Positions 57,359 to 64,000 of a DNA stretch of 64,000 nucleotides are shown here, one piece after another. This stretch comes from Candidatus Omnitrophota bacterium (lineage in GTDB: Bacteria > Omnitrophota > Gorgyraeia > Gorgyraeales > Gorgyraeaceae). Made by a program: the position numbers and the translations under genes. Within the stretch, counting starts at the first letter, position 1, and each line of letters opens with the position of its first letter. The notes beneath the pieces were generated by a model. The model was not told the origin of the DNA. It saw only the letters and a list, made by a program, of their open reading frames with translations, and searched no databases. The stretch spans positions 17,875-81,874 of the forward strand of contig JAUSEX010000045.1 in NCBI GenBank assembly GCA_030649895.1, read 5' to 3'.

Positions 57359-58825
57359 CTACTGGAATAAGCCTTTTTTCTTTTTTGCCGGTTTTTCCGG
57401 AGCTGGTACAGCTGCTGCCGGCGCTTTTGGCTTCGCTTGAGATTCCACCTTCGGAGCCGCTGCTTCCGGTATCGTAGCTGCTGCCGGTTTTTGCGCGCTT
57501 AATCTCACCTCTATATCCTTTATCTTTCTATCCGCTTCCTGTTTCATCCAGCTATCCGTTGTCTTCGCAATTATGCCATTTAACTCTTTCTTCGCGGCAT
57601 CAAGATTATCCTTACCCGCTAAAATATCAGCTACGCGCATTGTGTACCATAAATTCTGCGCATCCAGAGATTGGGCTTTTCTATATTGCGCCATCGCGCC
57701 TTCGGCGTCACCCCATTCATTCAACCTGTCTCCATATCTTGAAAATGCGCCAGCGTCAGTCGACACCTTTGCCAAAAATTGCTCCCATACCTTCTTAGCG
57801 TCATCTTTTTTACCGGCTACATTCAACATATTAGCTAATCTTTCATAAAGATAACTTTCCTGCGGAACCATGCCTATAATCTTTTTAAGCTGCGCCTCGG
57901 CTTTATCAAGCTTGCCTGACCTCTCGCATAAATCCAACAACCTGTTATTTACATCTCTATCATCCAATCCAGCTGCTATTGCTTTTTCATAAACCGCTAT
58001 CGCCTTATCCTGTTCATTATTCCTCTGATATAACTCGGAAAGTTTTGTATACGCGCTGATATCCTTGGCTGACTGGCTCAAATCCTTTTCAAATTTTACG
58101 GCCAACTCCGCCAATTTATCCTGCCTCTGGTAAATATTTATGAGCTCTGAGCTCGCCCACTCTTTCTGCCAGGGCTCTTTTCCGCCGGCTAAAAACTTAT
58201 TGCAGACAGCTTCCGCCTCGTTGAACTTCTCGGCCCTCATGTAAAACCCCTCAAGGGTCTGCAAATAACCCGTATTGTCAGGCATAAGTTCTGTTGCTTT
58301 TTTTATCACGGCAATTGCCTTTTCCATATCATTTTCCGCGCTATAAAAACTTGCCGCCTGCATAAAAACCTCTGCGTTGGATGATTTCTTCAGCAGGTCT
58401 TCCCACACAGCGCTTGCCTTTACTTTATCGCCAGCCCTGGTATACACATCGGAAAGCCTCTGGAAATTCCAGATATTATTCGGCTTCGCTTCAGTCATTT
58501 TTTTGTAAGTCTCTGCCGCTTTCGCATAGTTTTCTTCCCGGTTGTATAAATCCCCAAGCCTGCTCAAAAATTCTTCGTCATTAGGCAATACCTTCAGCGC
58601 CTTTTCATAAAGTGCGGTCGCTTCGCTGTTTTTATTCTGGCGAGCGTATTCGTCTGCCATCGCAAAAATAGCGCTCCTGATAACTTCCGGATTTTTATCT
58701 ATAAAGCTACCCAATTCCTGCAATATGGCGTCTTTGTCAGCTTTTTCCGCTGAAAAACCTGCTACAGGGAACGCTAAAATCATCGCCACTAAAATAACCA
58801 AAACCATATATTCCCGCTTAAACAT
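57359..58825 (-). CDS. Secreted TPR-repeat protein
   Basis: Signal peptide; repeated helical TPR patterns (A..YEKAL..LP, LG.LY, A...Y.K). Confidence 0.85.
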   Translation of the reverse strand: MFKREYMVLVILVAMILAFPVAGFSAEKADKDAILQELGSFIDKNPEVIRSAIFAMADEYARQNKNSEATALYEKALKVLPNDEEFLSRLGDLYNREENYAKAAETYKKMTEAKPNNIWNFQRLSDVYTRAGDKVKASAVWEDLLKKSSNAEVFMQAASFYSAENDMEKAIAVIKKATELMPDNTGYLQTLEGFYMRAEKFNEAEAVCNKFLAGGKEPWQKEWASSELINIYQRQDKLAELAVKFEKDLSQSAKDISAYTKLSELYQRNNEQDKAIAVYEKAIAAGLDDRDVNNRLLDLCERSGKLDKAEAQLKKIIGMVPQESYLYERLANMLNVAGKKDDAKKVWEQFLAKVSTDAGAFSRYGDRLNEWGDAEGAMAQYRKAQSLDAQNLWYTMRVADILAGKDNLDAAKKELNGIIAKTTDSWMKQEADRKIKDIEVRLSAQKPAAATIPEAAAPKVESQAKPKAPAAAVPAPEKPAKKKKGLFQ

Positions 58826-58994
58826 GCCCACCTCCTATTATTGTTTTATTAAATATAACTATATATCATTAAGTCTTATATGTCAATTCAAATCCTAAAA
58901 TTTTTACAATAACCTCATTATTATTTAGATACCAACGCTGTTCTAGCGGCAAGTTTGGCTAACTCTCATGCCCGCTCGAAAAATATTAGCTATC

Positions 58995-59819
58995 CTAATT
59001 TGCTTTCAAAGACAATATGCCTTCCAGCTTGTTTTTTATGCCCTTAACCCCATACAATAATCTACCCTCTGCAAATACCGCCGGCGGCCTGGGATTAAAA
59101 AAAACTTTCTTTGTCTTTTTATCATACTTGTTCTGCATATCCAGTAAAATAGCAAAGTTCTGCGGATTATCTATATTGTATTCTTCCACCCAAATCTTAT
59201 CGCCATACTTTTCCTTCAGCCCTGGAAAAAAATTATCTTTTATTTCAATGCATTCGCCACAGCCTGGAGAATAAAACAGCATTATTATTTTACTGTCCGG
59301 GGCAGGCTTCCCGGCTTGGCTATCTTCTGCAGTCTCGCTAGAAAAAGATTGCGCAGGGCCTGCCGACTCTTCCGCAATACTGTTCAAGCGAGGCGGCAAA
59401 TCTGCTGAGTCGAGAACCACCCCTTTTATCTCCCATACCGCATCTTTAGTTTCAGGGTCATTTGAAATAATATGCAGCTGCTTTTCAAACGAGCCCTGCA
59501 ACTTATTTGTATCCAGCCTTACATCTATAAAAATACTTTCATCGGGCTTTACGTTAACCGGCTCCGGGGCTATGTTCTGGTTTGCCCACCTCTGGTCTGT
59601 GACCTCAAGGCACCCGCAGCTAGAATAGACGTTTTCTATTACCAGGTCACCGGCCCCTCTGTTTTTTACCTCTATCTTAAAAGCCAGCGTCTTGCCTTTT
59701 TGTATCTCTCCTATATTAACACCACTTGTGACAATTTTAATCTTAGGAACGAATTCTCCGGCAAGGGCAACGCTAGCCGCGAGAGCAATAATAAAGATTG
59801 ATATATAAATTTTTTTCAT
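58995..59819 (-). CDS. Secreted DUF1573 (Ig-like) plus thioredoxin-fold protein
   Basis: N.G...LVI..V.SSCGC (DUF1573), ISNDP, then FYSPGCGEC; the linker is a family A insertion. Confidence 0.82.
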   Translation of the reverse strand: MKKIYISIFIIALAASVALAGEFVPKIKIVTSGVNIGEIQKGKTLAFKIEVKNRGAGDLVIENVYSSCGCLEVTDQRWANQNIAPEPVNVKPDESIFIDVRLDTNKLQGSFEKQLHIISNDPETKDAVWEIKGVVLDSADLPPRLNSIAEESAGPAQSFSSETAEDSQAGKPAPDSKIIMLFYSPGCGECIEIKDNFFPGLKEKYGDKIWVEEYNIDNPQNFAILLDMQNKYDKKTKKVFFNPRPPAVFAEGRLLYGVKGIKNKLEGILSLKAN

Positions 59820-59924
59820 ATATTTAACAGCATAATGAAATTTTGAAAATTGTCAACAAAAACATGGCGGGCGCGTGGCGGGTTCCAACATTACTAATAA
59901 AAGCCCTGTTCATGAACTCTCTCT

Positions 59925-60683
59925 CTTCTCGACTCTGTTCACATAATACACTCTCATGACCGCTCGAAGAATATAAAGACTTCTCGACTTCGGCACCTTC
60001 GGTGCCTTCGCTCGAAGAATATTACCAATATGTCACAGGAGGGTTGCCTTTGCTCTTGCTCGCGGCGTAGGTAGGTGCGCAGAACCCCCAATCAGGGTAA
60101 CCACGTCAATATTGTTCGAGCGAACGAAGTGAGTCGAGAACCTTTACCATTCCTTCATCCACTCACCGCTTATCAATTTCTCTTTCTTCTTCCGGCTCCA
60201 ATCTTTTATCTGTCTTTCTCTCTTTCTTGCTACCTCAAGATCTGTATGTTCTTCTATATACACAATCCTTTTTACACCGTGTTCTGCTGTATATTTTCCT
60301 CCTAACCCTGAAACATGTTGATCATATCTGAGCTCTGGCTTCCAAGTAAGTCCTGTATAATATGTGCTGTCTTTGCATTCTATCATATATACGTACCATT
60401 TCCATTCCTCTTTCATAAACTTTCTTCTCGACTCGGCAAAATATTCTTCGAGCAGAGTAGAGAAGAGTATTTTGCCTCGCTCGAAGAGTATTGGAAACGC
60501 ACCACCTGTCCCTTGCCCATGTCAACGGCGCAGGCAGGAGAACAGAGCCAGTCTGATATTGTTCGAGCGAACGAAGTGAGTCGAGAACTTCTCGACAAGC
60601 TCGAAGAATATAGAGGCTTCTCGACTGGGAAAAATATTCTTCGAGCTTGTCGAGAAGAATATCTTGCCTCGCTCGAAGAATAT
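59925..60683. mobile_element. Candidate autonomous locus: 9 family A hairpin units around a GIY-YIG gene
   Basis: Units at 59925, 59980, 60108 | gene | 60424 (with nested inverted unit), 60556, 60588, 60617 (with nested inverted unit). Confidence 0.6.
60144..60416 (-). CDS. Stand-alone GIY-YIG endonuclease (UPF0213/YhbQ-like)
   Basis: WYVYMIEC....YYTG.T.....R..QH..G.GGKYT.....IVYIE.......A..RE.QIK.WSR.KK..LI. Confidence 0.9.
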   Translation of the reverse strand: MKEEWKWYVYMIECKDSTYYTGLTWKPELRYDQHVSGLGGKYTAEHGVKRIVYIEEHTDLEVARKRERQIKDWSRKKKEKLISGEWMKEW

Positions 60684-60719
60684 TGCCCTTCAGCCTTGAG
60701 CCTTGAGCCTCCAACCTAA

Positions 60720-63700
60720 CTATTCTCCCAAATGCGCTGCTGAGCCTTCGTTATAGTCCTGCATGACCTGGTCAGTTGTGCGAGCGTAGTTGTAGATTCG
60801 TACGTCGTCTACTTTACCTGTTGTGTATTCACCTGACTGCGAAGCACCTATATAAATCCCTGCAGTATTTGTATAATTTGTTGCTACTGAATAAGTATTT
60901 GGCGCCTGAACGCCATTTATAAAAAACTTAACTGTTCCAGATTGGCGCATATAAGCAAGATGAAACCATTGATTATTCCCCGGATTTACCCCGCTATCCT
61001 TAAAACCTCCATCCCACATTTTAATGTTGTCATTTGCGTAACTAAACAAAACAAAATAAGGAGATTGTCCAGGGTTACTGGCATATAGAAAAAAACCACT
61101 GCCTGCATTACGGTAACCCCAACCTTCGACCGTAAAATCATCCGTACTATAATTAAATACTGCGGCAGTAGCTATGGTCACATAATCATTCCCATCAAAA
61201 CTCAATGCCCCACCGTATTTGCCGGCCGTGTAGGTCCAGGTGGTATTTGACGCTGTGCCGTCATTATTATTATATGACTCGTCTTTTATAGCGCCGGCTG
61301 TCGCAGGCACTGCGCCGCTAATGGCTTCGTCAAATTTCCAGTGCCCGACAGGCTTGCCGCAGTTGTAGTCCCAGGCGACCTGGGCCTGGGTACGGGCGTA
61401 GTTATAGATGCGGACGTCATCGATGAGGCCGTTGAAATATGCTGCATTTTGATCGCTTCCTATTCTACCAACCGTTTGGGTGCCACCGATACTGCCAATA
61501 ACATTTGGGATAGATTGCGATACGCCATTTTTATAAATCTTATAACTTGATGCCAGTGCTTTATTTCCTCCGTCATATACAAAGGTCAGAAACTGCCATT
61601 CTCCTATTGTAACTACATTTGCTGCAGTTGCCATCTCAGGAGCGCCTCTGAAACCCATCATTATGGCGTCAGTTACACCTGACCCACTCGGATACATGAT
61701 CAATCCACCGCCACCTGCATTAAATGTTCCTAACGAATTAATTTGAGACACATTTGGTTTTACCCACATATTTACCGTAGTTGCACCGGTTGTAAAAACT
61801 GTTGTCCCAATGTCCACATAATCCCCGCTCCCATCAAACGTCAAACCGCTTCCATTTTTACCATGCACCCAAGCTGCATCGCCATTGAGCGTCCCATTAT
61901 TCCCATTGCCACTATAATCATAAGCTATCTTTCCCGAATACTCATCCAGCTGCCACCATGCCACAGGCGCTGCCCCGCCCCACGGATCAGCTACGCCTAT
62001 AGACTGCGCGCCTAAACGCGCGTCTGCGCCGTCATTGTAGTCCTGCAAAATCTGGTCAGTAGTGCGAGCATAGTTATAGATACGAATGTCATCGATGAGA
62101 CCATTCCAAAATTCATCCAAACCAGGAGAACCTCCAACAGAACAAGATACACCAATACCTGCATCTAGAGTATCCGTACCAACATCAACAGCTGAATGGT
62201 CTGCTATAGAAAGAGTGGCGTTCTGTTTGACGCCATTTACATATAATTCCATATTTCCGGTTCGATTAATCACTCCAACTAAATGCTTCCATTGCCCATC
62301 ACCAATAGGATTATTAGAATCGATTCTATGTTCAGCTCCATTAACTCCAAAAAGAAGCGTAGCTGTTCCACTTCCTCCATATCTAGGACCATACATAATT
62401 AAAGCATAACCAGGTTGTGAACCTCCATGAGTTCCCTTGGAGAATATCCTTGAGTGAGTAGTAACGCTTGTTTTTACCCAAGCAGAAATAGTCATACTCC
62501 TTAAATGTGGATTTAGAGCATCTATATCACCAATCCTAACATAATCATCTGTACCGTCAAACGTCAACGCCTTCCCCATTTTCCCATCCACAAACTTCGT
62601 ATCGCCGACAAGAACTCCTCGCATAGCGCTATAGATAGCTATATCAGTGATAGCGCTCAAACTCGCGCTTAAATAGCCGCTTGCGCCTGCACTGCCTGAT
62701 GCTCCAGTTCCGCCAGCTGCGCCTGCGCTGCCTGACCCTCCAGTTCCGCTGCTACCAACAGCACCACCAGAGACAATACTAGACCCAATTAAAGATGAAG
62801 CTATGTATCTCAAATATATACAACCACCGGCAGCACCATTTCCTCCGCTTCCGCCACCGCCGCCACCGCCAGCTCCATAACCTCCTGCGCCTCCATTGCC
62901 TCCTGCACCACCATTAGCATTGATATTTCCAGAGCCAGTAACATTGTTAGCATATATAAGCACAATGCCACCCCCTGGATTACCATTTGCGCCATTAGCC
63001 CCGGCAGTAGAATTATTTGAATTAGTATCAGTTCCCCTTGCCCCACCTGTTCCATTTTTCGAACCACCGGAACCACCTCCTGCGCATTTAAAATCCCCTG
63101 CGCCTCCTCCTCCGCCTCCTCCAGCCCCGGCTGAAGCACCGCCACCTAAGCCAAGAAGTGTCAAAGAGGAGTTTGCATTATTTGTGCCCGCATTATAAGC
63201 GCTTCCACCGCCACCACCGCCTGCAGAATCTCTATTTGCGCTGCCGCCTCCTCCGCCACCACCACTAGTACCATTAGATCCGACTTGCCCTGAATTACTG
63301 ACCTTATTTCCACCGGAGCCACCGCCATTACTTCCGGCTCCGCCATAACCAGTATCATACCCATACCCTGAACCGCCTCCGCCACCTTTTCCGCTTCCGG
63401 CTCCGCCATAACCATCACTGCCACTCACATAACCACTGCTTGCTCCATCAGCGCCAACGCCATGGACATTCACATTACCCGCAGTGCCTCCGCAGCCATG
63501 GCCTGCAACGCCACCGCCACCGCCACCGCCACCAGTAGTAATATATCCTATGGAAGTTTCAGGCCCATTCCCCGCAGCAACTCCTCCGCTGAATCCTTTC
63601 TGCGAAACATCGATACTTCCGCCGGAAGAAATATTTAAAATCCCGCTAACCCTAAAAGCAACTATTCCTGTATAGACATTACTCGTGCAACCTGCGTCCG

Positions 63701-64000
63701 AATGCCCTGTAGCGCCATCCCATGCGCCAGCAGTAATTTTATAAGCGTTAGTCGTAACATTGCTAAAATGCGGAATTCTCTGGATAAATACATATTGCGT
63801 AGAATAGGAATTGCCTGTCCCATCATACTCATTGATAATAGGCTGCGCAGCGATTATAGTGCTAGCCGTCACAGAAGCAACTGTTAAAAATTCATATTTT
63901 CCAACATCTACATTATCGCCAGCGCTGCCCTTAAGATTTATAAGAAGGATTTCATCTCCGGAAATTATTCCATTAGTACTGGCAACAGTGATTGTCTTAG
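60720..64000 (-). CDS. Large surface/secreted protein, 3' part: Gly-rich region plus three LamG (ConA-like) domains
   Basis: The frame stays open to the window end (KTITVASTNGIISGDEILLINLKG...); three ALTFDG..DYV ... IDD(I/V)RIYNYART modules. Confidence 0.88.
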   Translation of the reverse strand, partial: KTITVASTNGIISGDEILLINLKGSAGDNVDVGKYEFLTVASVTASTIIAAQPIINEYDGTGNSYSTQYVFIQRIPHFSNVTTNAYKITAGAWDGATGHSDAGCTSNVYTGIVAFRVSGILNISSGGSIDVSQKGFSGGVAAGNGPETSIGYITTGGGGGGGGVAGHGCGGTAGNVNVHGVGADGASSGYVSGSDGYGGAGSGKGGGGGSGYGYDTGYGGAGSNGGGSGGNKVSNSGQVGSNGTSGGGGGGGSANRDSAGGGGGGSAYNAGTNNANSSLTLLGLGGGASAGAGGGGGGGAGDFKCAGGGSGGSKNGTGGARGTDTNSNNSTAGANGANGNPGGGIVLIYANNVTGSGNINANGGAGGNGGAGGYGAGGGGGGGSGGNGAAGGCIYLRYIASSLIGSSIVSGGAVGSSGTGGSGSAGAAGGTGASGSAGASGYLSASLSAITDIAIYSAMRGVLVGDTKFVDGKMGKALTFDGTDDYVRIGDIDALNPHLRSMTISAWVKTSVTTHSRIFSKGTHGGSQPGYALIMYGPRYGGSGTATLLFGVNGAEHRIDSNNPIGDGQWKHLVGVINRTGNMELYVNGVKQNATLSIADHSAVDVGTDTLDAGIGVSCSVGGSPGLDEFWNGLIDDIRIYNYARTTDQILQDYNDGADARLGAQSIGVADPWGGAAPVAWWQLDEYSGKIAYDYSGNGNNGTLNGDAAWVHGKNGSGLTFDGSGDYVDIGTTVFTTGATTVNMWVKPNVSQINSLGTFNAGGGGLIMYPSGSGVTDAIMMGFRGAPEMATAANVVTIGEWQFLTFVYDGGNKALASSYKIYKNGVSQSIPNVIGSIGGTQTVGRIGSDQNAAYFNGLIDDVRIYNYARTQAQVAWDYNCGKPVGHWKFDEAISGAVPATAGAIKDESYNNNDGTASNTTWTYTAGKYGGALSFDGNDYVTIATAAVFNYSTDDFTVEGWGYRNAGSGFFLYASNPGQSPYFVLFSYANDNIKMWDGGFKDSGVNPGNNQWFHLAYMRQSGTVKFFINGVQAPNTYSVATNYTNTAGIYIGASQSGEYTTGKVDDVRIYNYARTTDQVMQDYNEGSAAHLGE

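Noticed and set aside
59925-60683. CRISPR array
   Set aside because: Units alternate in orientation, nest, and have irregular spacing; no cas genes are present; the same units are dispersed singly across the window.
60315-60719. ORFs 60315-60719(+), 60322-60714(-), 60364-60579(+), 60413-60598(-)
   Set aside because: They are translations of the repeat cluster (recurring NILRAR/LDKLEEY peptides) with no independent coding evidence. The same applies to 36417-36635, 57091-57315 and 13233-13559.
60720-62100. Diversity-generating retroelement TR/VR in the LamG gene
   Set aside because: Repeats are short domain-end similarities, differences are not adenine-specific by eye, and no reverse transcriptase is in the window.

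Overview
64 kb of bacterial chromosome in which every credible gene is on the minus strand. Gene content and style suggest Candidatus Omnitrophota/PVC (an inference). Genes: hisS (partial), HU/IHF, dnaE, GuaB3-type IMPDH, a MoxR-DUF58-membrane triad, groESL with CIRCE, a B12 uptake/salvage locus with a cobalamin riboswitch, a glycolipid acyl/glycosyltransferase trio, lipA/lipB with a stand-alone lipoyl domain, and proBA-obgE-rpmA-rplU-rng. A complete type IV pilus cluster lies between the mreBCD-mrdA-rodA-radical SAM block and its usual downstream partner. Then come aroA, spoVG, an ECF sigma/anti-sigma pair, TPR and DUF1573 proteins, and the 3' end of a large Gly-rich/LamG surface protein. The most striking signal is non-coding: about 23 loci carry a small hairpin element, X-TCGAC-(2 to ~28 nt)-GCTC-X' plus an AATA tail, with co-varying outer stems. 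It usually occurs as head-to-head pairs that begin exactly in a TAG stop codon and end at Shine-Dalgarno distance from the next start. It is also inserted in frame into proteins and into the riboswitch. Its densest and best-conserved cluster (9 units, some nested) surrounds a lone 90-aa GIY-YIG endonuclease gene (60144-60416). This resembles a REP/RAYT-like system whose candidate enzyme is a GIY-YIG nuclease rather than a HUH transposase. At least five other palindromic or heptamer repeat families are present, several translated inside housekeeping proteins such as aroA.
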